From Caecitellus pseudoparvulus (taxonomy: Eukaryota; Protista; Bigyra: Bicosoecida): a DNA stretch of 64,000 bases. The notes under the pieces were generated by a model, which was not told where the DNA came from, searched no databases, and worked only from the letters and a program-made list of their open reading frames with translations. The position numbers and the translations under genes were made by a program. This document shows positions 22,287-32,995 of the stretch, one piece after another. Numbering within the stretch: position 1 is the first letter of the stretch; each line of letters starts with the position of its first letter. The stretch covers positions 186,001 through 250,000 of the forward strand of contig CBFFRQ010000068.1 of NCBI GenBank assembly GCA_965644315.1, in the 5' to 3' direction.

Positions 22287-24703
22287 ATGCAGGAGCCCGC
22301 ACCAGACCTTGCTTCGGGCGCAAGTATGGCAGCATCTTTGCCACGCGAGCCTTTGACTGAGACAGATAAAGCTGTAGCAGCTGAGGAATCAGCTGATGGT
22401 GTGGCAGCTTCTGCACATCCACCACCACGCCAAATTGGCACCCGGGGTGGTCTTGCAAAGGAGCACCGCCTTGAACTCCAGGCGCCGCGTCAGCAGCTCT
22501 CCGCTGAGCACAAACTGGAGCTCGCAGGGGCAGTGCACCGCATGCTGATCGGTGAAGATGTGAGCCTTGGCTTGCCGCATGACCTGCGTTGGCCTGTTGC
22601 AGCAGCTGCTTTCACGGGATGCATGCGCAGGAGCTAGTGGAGACTCCATTCGGGCCCCGAAAGCAAATCTACTTGGACTACACTGCTTCTGGGCGAGCTG
22701 TTGCTGGAATTGAAGACTACCTGAGAAGCGAAGTGCTCCCTGTGTACGCCAACACACATACCACCCACTCGCAGACGGGATTTCAGACCACCTTGTTCCG
22801 GCAAGAGGCCAGGGAAATGGTGGCACGAGCCGTGAACGCCAGTTCTGAAGATATCACTATTTTTGCAGGCTCCGGTGCGACGGGAGCGATGGCCGCCCTG
22901 ATCCGTGCCCTGGATTTAGCCAGAGTGCAGGACGGGTGCCCGCCTCCTCTCGTGCTCATCGGGCCCTACGCGCACCACAGCAACATACTGGGCTGGCGCG
23001 AAGCTGGCTGCATGGCAGTGATACTTCCTGAAGCCCCCGATGGGGGTCTGCACATTGGCGCTCTCGAGGCTGCCCTGCTGGCATCGTGGGGTTGCAGGGG
23101 TGGGTTGTCGACGAGCACGCCGTGCGGCAGCGAAGCGCACATCCGCGAAGCAATTGACGCAGCAGTGCATGGAACCTGGGTGATCTCTGAGGAAGAAAAG
23201 ATAAGCATCTGTGAGTGGAGTCGGGGTTTGGGGGTTCCTGTAGCCCAAAGCGACTTCGCTCCGCGGGCGCGGCGTCTGCGAATCGGGGCTATCCCAGCAG
23301 CAAGCAATGTCACAGGTGCATGCAACGACACGGTAGCTGTGACAGCCGTGCTGCACACATATGGTGCATTGGCAGTATTCGACTATGCTGCAGCTGCGCC
23401 GCACATTGGCCTGGACATGAACCCTTCCGGCCCGGTGGACTGGGAGACGCTGCAGTCTGGGGACAGCTGGCCACGCACCGCGGCTAGTGTGTTCATCGAC
23501 ACAAAGCGAGAGGGCCTGCTTCAGAAGGACGCCGCAGTCTTCTCCCCGCATAAGTTTGTTGGAGGCCCTGGAACACCAGGGGTGTTGGTGGCTAAACGCG
23601 CGATGTTCCGCAATGCCGTCCCGGTGACTCCTGGCGGGGGCACAGTGTTCTTTGTGAACAGGGAGGGTGCCCCGACGTACTTGGAGGATCCCATTGAAAG
23701 AAATGAAGGGGGCACCCCAGACATCTTGGGGAGCATCAGAGCTGGCTTGGTGCTCCGGCTGGCCTCGGAGGGCGTGGGCTACGACACAATGTCAGCCCTC
23801 GAAGGCGCCATGGACTCTGAAGCCCGCCGGCGGTGGGCAGCCCATCCAAACCTTTCTGTCTTGGGGCCCAGCCTGGAGAGTGGTTGCCCGACCGTCGGCA
23901 TCGTGTCCTTTGCCGTTCTCGCACCGGCAGCGTGGCTGCAGGCTGGAGGCGAGTGCGGCTGCACTCGCTGGAAACGGCAGCTACACTGGGGATTTGTGGC
24001 AACACTCTTGAACGACCTGTTTGGCATTCAGTGCCGTGGAGGCTGTATGTGTGCTGGCCCGTATGGGCATCAGCTGTGGAAGCTGGGTGAAGAAGACTCC
24101 CGAGCGATTCAAGCAGGCATGGAGGCAGGAGCAGAGCTGCTCCGACCCGGCTTCGTCCGCATCGCCCTTCCATTCCACTGCCCGAGGCATGTCTTTGACT
24201 TCATTTTGGATGCAGTCGAGTGGGTAGCTGACCATGGGGTTCACTTGCTGCGGCAGTACCGGCCAGATGCTGCTTCGGGCGCGTGGATCCACAGAAGCAT
24301 CGTGGGGGGATTCCGCCCTCGGCTAGCCCTGCAAAGCATGGCCTTCCACAAGGCTGGCTTTTCTTTCACCCCACAGCGAAGGTCATGGCACTCTTTTGTG
24401 GCTGCCGCTAGGGGAGGTAGTGCTGCATGCGATTCACGGTCCGATGTTCCGCCCAGCGTGGAAGCTGGCATCTTCAAGGCATACCTTCAAGTGGCCACAC
24501 TCGCGGCGGCAGAAGAGGATGGCTCGCTGTTCTCAGATGGCTACACTGCCACAGAGCTTGGGCTAGTCTCTGAGGACTTGCAGCGGCTACGGTGGTTTGT
24601 GGTTCCACAAGATGGGACTCCGGGCGCACGCCCGGCAGCAGCGGCCGGACTGGGAAACCTTCCGAGCCCTTCAACCCTTCTGGCTGTCCAAGGCCACCTA
24701 TAG
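22287..24703 (+). CDS. Class-V PLP-dependent enzyme, cysteine desulfurase-like (~781 aa)
   Basis: Exon 1 is 22287-22559, the intron 22560-22630 (GTGAGC...GCGCAG) and exon 2 22631-24703. Motifs: TPFGPRKQIYLDYTASGR, YANTH, HHSNILGW, ASNVTG, DYAAAAP, PLP-lysine FSPHKFVGGPG, EGGTPDI, and Cys loop CRGGCMCAGPYG. Confidence 0.9.
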
Positions 24704-25072
24704 CGTGCCTTCATAGTGTGGGATTTTGTGAATTAGGCCACAAGCTGCAAGGAAGGCGCACGAGGCTGTTGCTATCCACCCCTATGGTTGGGCCAGGCTT
24801 GCCCGAATGCACCCAGGAAAAGCCTGCTCAGAAAGCATGACCTCCTCAGCTCCTCGCCCATGCTGCAAGCTTTCTGCGCGGTTATCCTCGGCCCCTGCTG
24901 CCGAACCCTTGGGGCGTACATGCGTGGGCTGTGCGCTGGGCGTGCTGCACCAGAGCCACCCGCCCGCTACTTTCGCTGCTCCCCATAGCCATCTAGGAGG
25001 GCCTGCATCCCCGTCCGTGCGGGCTGTTTTACACCTCAGTGTTGTGTTTTGCCTGTCAATATCGCCGTTGCT

Positions 25073-27229
25073 ATGGACAGGTTCAACCCACACGCGGCTG
25101 CATTCGATCCGTCAGCAGGCGTTGGGCAAGGGTGAGTGACAACAAGCACTGATTCTTCTGAAATACACGCACGCGGCATTGTGCGGGGGCAGTTCTGTGC
25201 TCCCTCTTCTCGTCATGTCTCTGTAGGCGTGTCCTGACGCTTGATGTTGCCCTTCCCGTTTGAGATGTCGTGAAACTGGGCGCCAGAGTTTCATGGTGAA
25301 ACTCCGGCGCACGTTTGCGCACGTTGATCCTCTCGCAGGAAGCCCTGGAGCACAGCCCCGCCCACTTCTGCTCCAGATCCTGCCCCACCCCGATTCAACA
25401 TTTCCGCCCCTGTTTGGAGTGGTGCTGAAGCAGAGCCGACACCCGTTCCAACGCCTGCGTCCCACTTGGCCGCACAGAGTATGGGAGGGTACGCCACTCC
25501 CATCGCGCCTGCAGCGCACGATGCCGGCGCGCGAATGACGTATGACATGTCTGTGTTTGGAATTTCTGGTGAGCGTGAAGACGGGAAGGCTTCTTCGCTG
25601 TTCACAGACGCGGTGCTGGCACCTGCCCAGCGCGTGGGTGGAATGCGCTCCCTTGCCCTGCCGGACGACTTGGCAGGCATGTATGCTGCCCATGCAGCTG
25701 CAGCGGCAGCCAGTGCACCCCCCAGTGACCCCATCAATATGGCACTTCCAGATTACTTTGTGAGGGTGCTGCCCCTAGACGAGGATCGTGGTAGGCGTCG
25801 CACAACAGGCTCACTTGGGTACCTATCTTCCGTGCTGAAGGCAACCTCCTCCCGTGACGGCTTGACCTACGCTGTGAGGCGTGTGGATGGATTGACTGCC
25901 CACAAGCCATCGCTGGTGGCCATTTTGCAGGCTTGGGGAGCCCTCAAGTCCCCACATGTCGTCCCTCTGCGCGATGCTTTTGTGGCGAGAGTCAGTGACA
26001 TGCCGGGGGCAGGGGGTGGTGCAGGCCAAGCTCTCTTCTTCGTGCATGACTACCTACCGGGTGCGGTATCAATTGCTGAACGTGTAGTAGGGGCGGGGCA
26101 GCCTGGAGCGCCCTCGACCCCTGCTCTGCCAGAGTCGGTGTTGTGGATGTGGGCTTGCCAGTTAGCACTTGGGCTGAAGGCTGTGCACGCGGCAGGCCTG
26201 GCCCTCCGATGCATCAACGCGGCCCACGTGCTCATTGGTGAATTCCAGCGTGTGCGCTTCGCTTGTGCAGGGGTGATGGATGTTCTGGAAGTTGAATCTC
26301 CCTCCACACGGGCGGAGCAGCAGGCAGCCGATGTCGCTGCTCTTGGACGCCTGCTGCTGTCAATGTCAGTGCGGTGGGATGTGCAAGCTGCACCCACAGC
26401 CAGCCAAGAAGAGGCGTCAGCTGTGGCCATGGCAGCCGCACAGAAGACCTACTCTGCTGCCTGGGTGCAGATGTTGCAAGCAGCATTGGAACCGTCTTGC
26501 ACTGCAGCAGCTCTCGTTGTTCAGCTAGCTCCCGCGATGGCAGCGTCATTAGACACGGCATTTGCACAGGCTGATGGCCTCCATGCTGCTCTGGCTGCAT
26601 CGCAGTCGTCAGCGAGGCTTTTCCGCACAGCTGTGAAGCTCGGGCAGATCACGGAGCGCCCGGAGCATGCCGGAGACCCTGCTTGGTCTGACACAGGGCC
26701 TCGTTACGCCCTGAAACTCTTCAGAGACTTTGTCTTTCACCAGGTGGATGAGAGCGGGCGCCCTGTGTTGGACGCTGCACATGTGGTTGAGAGCTTGACC
26801 CGGCTGGACCTTGGGGACCGTACGCCGGTGCTTCTGTCTTCCCGGGATGGAGAAAACCTGCTGGTTGCATCGTATGAGACCCTGCGGCGCAACATGAACG
26901 AGGCGTACAATTCCCTAGCTAGCACAGCCGCTGGTCCTTCTGTTGATGCAATGGCAGCGGCAGCTGGGCAAGAGGCGCGGGCTGCACGGGTTCGGGAGCG
27001 AGCAGCCATGCACAGCTTGAGCACTGCACATGCTCAGGGTATGCCTCCATTCGCGCAGCCAACCAGGCAGGTGCCTTTTGGTCAACGTCCTGCAGTTCCT
27101 GGGGTTATACAGATGCCCCAGAGCTTCCAGCGGCCCCCCAACGTCCCTGCCCAGATTCCCATTCAACCTGGCCCAGCTGCAGGTGCCGCCCCGCGCTTCA
27201 ACACGGGTGCACCGGCTTTCCAGGGCTGA
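25073..27229 (+). CDS. PAN3: PAN2-PAN3 deadenylase subunit PAN3 (~649 aa)
   Basis: Exon 1 is 25073-25131 (MDRFNPHAAAFDP, PAM2-like), the intron 25132-25338 and exon 2 25339-27229. It has a pseudokinase domain (YAVRRV, HVVPLRDAF, FFVHDYLPGA, LKAVHAAGLALRCI) and the diagnostic C-terminal knob WSDTGPRYALKLFRDFVFHQVDESGRPVLDAAHVVESLTRLDLG. Confidence 0.93.
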
Positions 27230-27265
27230 TACTCTGCCAATTCAGCCACGTTTGCATTGTGCCCT

Positions 27266-30200
27266 TCAACCCTCGCTGCTGACATCGGCTTCATCGCATT
27301 GGGCCAGCTGGCAAATGCCACCGTCCAGGTCTTCCTCGATGACGCCAGCATCGGGTGTCACCGATGACAAACCCTGGGACCGAGGTGGCCCAACGGAGAG
27401 CATGCGCTCAGGAGCGCCCCTTCCTTGCGCTCTGTGGTGGGTGCAGTGCTGAGACTGAGAGTCAGCAGGCGCCAGCTGCCCCGCCTCAGCGAGAGCGGCT
27501 TCGTGTGCAGACGGCCAAGCAGGAATCACCTCGCGAGCTAGCGCTGCGCCCCCTGAGATATGCCCTGAAAGGTGCAGTCGCTTCGCAGATCTCGAGTGGG
27601 TCATGGCTCGCCTGGCTGTGTTTGCCCGCAGAAGGACATGACGGGTAGAAGTGGCAGCCCCCCTTGCGGCCTCTCCCAGAGCAACTTGCTGTGCTGCGTG
27701 GGCGGCAGCACCTGAGCCCATCTGCACCAAAGACAACAACTTCACATCCGAAATGCTCATTGACAGCCCAAATACTGCAGCATACTCCGGGTGCGCTTCC
27801 ATTTCGTACGATATCAAGCCAGACATGGTGGCCGGTCCGGACGCTCCAGCAGCTTGCTCTTGTGCCGCTTCCAGCCCTCCAGCATCTTGAATAATGGAAC
27901 TCAAACGCTCATACTCTTCTTCCAACGCATCAAGATCCTCATCAATGCGAGCAATCTCGTTTTGTAGTGCGCCAACACTGGCTTTGAAGCCCTGCAAGCT
28001 GCGCTGCAGCCTGGCACGCTCAGCCTCACTTGCCTCGTCTGTTGGGGCACCCTCAAGCTCAAGTAGCTGCCGCTTGGCTGCCAAGATGTACGCCGTTTGT
28101 CGAGCTTCTTCCCCACGAGCATCATCTTGCTGTGCCACCAGCGCATCCCCATGCTCCTCTACGAGCGCGATCGAGTCGAGCGCAGCGTGCACATCCTCAG
28201 AGCCGGGCGCCCGGTCCCGCGAGTGAACGAAGTCATGCGCCTTGGTATACCACTCCCATAAGTGGCCTTTTCCGCGTGCTAGCAATGACTGTTTTCCTTC
28301 AGCAATGACCCCATCGACGTCACTTGCAGGGATAGCCTGCCAGTACAACGGAAGGGCGCGGCGAAGCTTTACCTTCTGGGGGCAGCACCGCACGAGCACC
28401 GTCAAGAGCTGAACAAGCACATCGAAGAAGAAAGCTTTGAACACGAGACCAAGCACCAGAAGGATGCTTGCAAAAAACATTATGAAGCCGGCTGTCGTCG
28501 CGACCCGCTCGCTTAGGTTGAACTGATCACTGCCAATGGCCTGCAGGGAGGTCAAGCCCATGGATGCTGCAGAAGACAGGGACGAAAAGCTGGACGGCAG
28601 GGATCCATTGGAGGAAGCCAAGGTGTCAACGGCTTTGGACACGGCATCTGTGGGGGGGAATATGCTCGGGTTGCTCAGCACCCACATGCCCACCAGCAAG
28701 TGAGACAGGGCTGCAAGCGGCAGCAGCTGGGACATGGCGAGGGGGAGACGAAATGAAAAGCTTGGAGGGCGCTTATAGCAGTGGATGAAGAAGACAAGAT
28801 CGCACAGGAAAGTCAAGGAGATCATGGTGCAGGCAATAGGGAGCAAAAGCGGGATGGCCGTGGAGTACGTTAGCGCCACAAACATGGTCGTCAGCAGCTG
28901 CGCGTAGCGCTCATCAATGGCCATGCTGGGCCCTTCAAATAGCTTGTTAAAGTCTACTTGGGTCACTGTATCAGTGCGGCTGCTGTTGGAGGTGCATCCC
29001 CGATCCCGGCAGAGTGCGAAGCGGCGCATGAACACACGAGCAAGGACGGACAGCTGGGGCGTGACAGTCATGAGCAGCATGGTGATTGTGATGGCCACAC
29101 CAACACTCAAGTACCAGTCCTCTTCAAAGTCCCGGTGCGCGCCCCAGCCCAGAACCCACACTGCGTCGTCAAAGTGAGAGTTCACAAGCAGCACAATGAG
29201 TCCGGTGTTGACGACCTGAAAACCAAACAGCTTCAAGGCGGACGATTGTAGGCGACTGCCTCTCGATCGCCGGCCCTCCAGGTTCACTAGGAAGGATATA
29301 ATTGGCCGTGTTGCTGAGTTCAGCGCCAGGGTGAGCAGTGCCACACCGTATGTGATGCCCTGCACAGACAGAAACGTCTCCAACCAGTCCCAACACAAGG
29401 CCTCATGGCGCACGCCTTCAGGGAAGGGGAGGGTGAACATGTAGTTTTGAAGGGCAAGTGGGTTTGTAGAGTGGTTTGACAAGAGGGCCTTGCAGAAACA
29501 CTCCAACCGGCCAGCCTGCGTCTCGTTCCCAAACTGCGCAGCGTACGTCGGCGATGCCAGCAGCTCGTCATGCACGACGGCCTGCACATTTCCTGGGTCG
29601 GGGAACTGGTCACACTGGACAGACGGAAACTTCCGTTGTGTTGACCTCTTTTCCTCCTCGAGAACGAAAATCAACAAGAACACGCCGAGCAGCAGGGCGA
29701 GGGTGATGAGGCTGGTGGCAGCCTGCCGCACCCGCCGCTCGAACTTGGACGTGTTCACGTTCTCCCATACGATGTCGCTGGGCTCAGGGGCCCCTTTGCA
29801 CGCCGGTGCGAAGTAGTCATACTTTCTGCCCATGACCGCCACAGACTTCCCGCGTGCAGCGGCAGTTTTCAGGGCCGCATCCCCCCCACGCCGGATGATG
29901 CTCTGCCTCAGGCAGCACCTAGCGAGCGGGTTTCGTGTGAACTCCCGCTTTGCGCGCAAGGCTCCTTCCGAACTCTCAAAGGTCACGTAGGCACACTGAG
30001 CCACCGCCTTGTGTGGAGCTGGTGAGCCTTTCTCGCCCGCTCCGTTGCCACCCGCTCCGTGCATGGCTTCCCTGATTGCGCTGTCAACTTCTCGGACCTG
30101 CTGCACGAGCTTGAGCATTTTCTGGTAGGCATGATTTGCTTCGGCATTTGGCAGGCCACGGAGCCGTCTGCAACAGCCTTGGGGCATCTTACCTGCCCTG

Positions 30201-32036
30201 TGCATGGCTTCCAGTGCAGAGAAGGTCTCCGTGCCCTCGGTGCGGATGAGGTGCAGCTTCTCCACCGCCTCAAGTTCATACACGAGCTTGCCTCGTTCCG
30301 CGTGAAGCTGCAGCAAGTTGCTGCCTGCCATGCCAAAGTTTATGTCCACAACCCTCACTTGCTGGGGTTGTCGCTCTGTGGGACCCTGACCTTGCCCAGC
30401 CTCGCCGACTGTCGTCGGCACTGGGGGCGTGCTGGACAGGTGCTTTTCCAGAAACTCCTTGAGGTCTGCAGCCAAGACATCAACATCGTCATGTGCTGGA
30501 AGGGAGGGAAGAAAGACAGTGAAGTCTGACGCGGACATGTTCTCTTTCATCGTGCCCTCAGTCTTCTCCCAGACTGCAAGATTGCGGACGAGGTACAGGA
30601 ACACGACTATGCCAATCACGTCAAGAACAGCAAGCGTTCCGGAAATATCAGCTTTAGTTGACTTTCCCCACCATCCCAGGTCCACTTCCTGTGCGTAACA
30701 AGTCGCAACAACGACCAAGCGCTTGTTGGCTTCAACAGTGCAGTCTTCCAAGCCAGACCCTTCCCCCAACAGAGTGGAGTTGAAGGCTGCTCCACAGAAC
30801 AGACCATCACCTTCGTCGATCAACGTGAGACCGCTCTCCGTGTTACAATCTTCCGCTGTCTTCACCTTCCAAGAGTGCACGTGCCCGCTTCGGGGAGTCA
30901 GCGTACAACTCTCTTGTCCGAGGCAGACACGGGAGGCAATGAGCTGCGCATTCATGGACGCGCAATGCACCACCCCGTCGCTGCTTATGTTTGCAAAGGT
31001 GATGTCCAGATCACTGAAACTGGGCAGACCTCCGCCATCTTGGACAGCAGCGCAGCATGCGTCCCCGAAAAAGCTCCTGCCACTCGGAAGGTGCACCCGG
31101 CGAGACTCGCTCAAGTACGGAAAGGTCGTCGTGCAGCGGGGAGCTGGTGTCTGTTCAAACGGGCACCCGCAGTGTCCGGCTATGTCGCCAAAGTACGCTT
31201 CAATGCTGCCAATTTGGGCACCATCAGGGCACCCAACGTGCACCGTCGAGTCGAGAATGCCCGCTGAAACTGACACAGTACCAGCTGTCCCCGTCGTGTC
31301 GCCTGAATCTGCACCTGCTGGTTCGAACTGAGAAGAGCACTCTGTGTAGCCTTGGCCCAGGTTGCCGACCGTCAGCCGCGCAAGTGCTTGGGCGTCTGAT
31401 ACGACGTTGTCCTGCAGGCCATCGGCGTTGTAGAAGACAATGAACGCAGGCAGGCTCAACAGAGTTAGGCCGAAGAACACGAGGGCCATGTACTTCATGA
31501 ACTTGAACATGAGCGCAAGCCCCACGCCATAGGGCATGAAAGCGGACTGCTCCCGTGCTCCAAAAAGGTCAACCTTGTCCAAGCAGTCGTCTTCCTCGCC
31601 TTCAGCGGCGGCCGTGAGCTCCATGGTTCCGCAGGCTGAGCAGCGCTGCTTCTCGTGTGGCCTGCTGGCACAGATGGGGTGGCAGCCCACCCTTAAGTCC
31701 CAAAAGCCATGCTTGGACAGCGAGGTGACGAGTCGGCCTTGCCTCTCAACAGCCCGCACAAGCCTCGGGTGCGTGCTGCCAACGTGCTTCAGTGCCTGAA
31801 AACGGTGCCGAAACGCAGAAGTACAGCGGCTGATTGAGCACACGCAACCGGCAGCCCAAGCCTGTTGCAGGACCAACTTTAGGACACTCAGGGTCACATC
31901 GTACCTTTGTCACAGACACATGCTGCACTGCTGCCGGTTTGCCTTGAAAGTACAGCCCAGCCCTGAGCTCCTCGCTGGCCGGTTGACTTGGACGTGAGCG
32001 GGCGGTCTCAGTCCGCCGAGGCGCGGCCAGCTCCAT
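27266..32036 (-). CDS. TMEM63: OSCA/TMEM63 (CSC1-like) mechanosensitive cation channel with Cys-rich extracellular insertions (~1553 aa)
   Basis: Exon 1 is 32036-31905, the intron 31904-31796 and exon 2 31795-27266. Motifs: ASDFTVFLPSLP, CAYVTFES, APEPSDIVWEN, FQVVNTGLIVLLVN, ERYAQLLTTMFVALTYSTAIPLLLP. About 11 TM helices. Confidence 0.85.
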
Positions 32037-32348
32037 GGTCACAAACACCAGGCCTTGTACCGCACTGGCTGCAATTCGTTCATGATGCTTCGTTGTATGA
32101 GTCGTGGGCTTTCATTTGCTGCAGGAGTGTAGGTGCTGGGCCTCAGACTCCTGGTCCAGCTGCGAAGCCTGCCGGGGTCAAGGGGGGGAGGGGGGTGACC
32201 GAGTCAAAGAACCACCACAAAACACATCCCTTACGACTCTCCCCCACTGAAGACTCCCAGTACCTCTTTAGCTTGTTCGGCACCAGCTCCAGTGGCCGCT
32301 GTCGTGTGCGGAAATTGACCAGGGTGGCAAGCAGAAGAAGAAATCACC

Positions 32349-32606
32349 ATGCAGCGCATCATCCAGCAGCTTGTGGACCGAGTGCTTGTCGACTACCTTG
32401 CTCAGACTGCATTGTTCAGGGGGCTCGCCTCAAGGGCCGTAAACGCGAAGAAGACCGCTGCTGAGCGCTCCGTGCAAGCCGCCATGGACAGCCGCGTTGC
32501 TGCCGGAGAAGCAGGCCAACAAGCCACCTCGTTCCTGTCCAAGATGAAAGACGAGTTGATGAAGCTGGATGACCAGTTGGAAAAGGCGGCACGGAACGGA
32601 AGGTGA
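32349..32606 (+). CDS. 85-aa microprotein, NCBP2-AS2-like family (amphipathic N-terminus + coiled coil)
   Basis: Good start context (caccATGc) and coding-like codon usage. MQRIIQQLVDRVLVDYLAQTALFRGLASRA resembles my recollection of the N-terminus of small NCBP2-AS2-like eukaryotic proteins. Confidence 0.6.
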   Translation: MQRIIQQLVDRVLVDYLAQTALFRGLASRAVNAKKTAAERSVQAAMDSRVAAGEAGQQATSFLSKMKDELMKLDDQLEKAARNGR

Positions 32607-32995
32607 TGGGTATGGGCGTGCAGGGGTTGAGGAGCTGGGTCTTCTTTCGGCTTGATTCCTCAGCGCGTGTTTCGCTGGCCCAAAGTGGACCTTGTGGTGG
32701 GAGAGCCGCCTGGCTCATCATGGGGAGCGGACTCCCCTGACTTCGGCGCAAATGCGCCTGTGTGTGCCTGCTTGGTTAAAATGAACTGCTGATTCAAGAG
32801 AGACTAGGGGGGCGGCGCTCTCGTTCGTTCGGTTGATGCGGACGCGCATTCAGACTCAAGCTCAAACCAAACCCACTTGAATGAAGTCGTGACCTGCCCT
32901 GAGGCGATTACCGCTGGCCAGCATTTTGAGGAATATCGATGTGAGCTCCTCATTTTCTGGGTTTGTGGCCTTCGGCCGCCTCCAACACGCCACTG

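Noticed and set aside
16808-25338. The NEK and PAN3 introns are both 207 nt, and several others are 72-75 nt (possible introner elements)
   Set aside because: No sequence similarity, terminal inverted repeats or target-site duplications are visible among them.
32610-32995. Intergenic stretch with a small tgagga...tcctca inverted repeat and CTGA boxes (possible snoRNA/ncRNA)
   Set aside because: No canonical C box with terminal stem and no tRNA cloverleaf; insufficient evidence.
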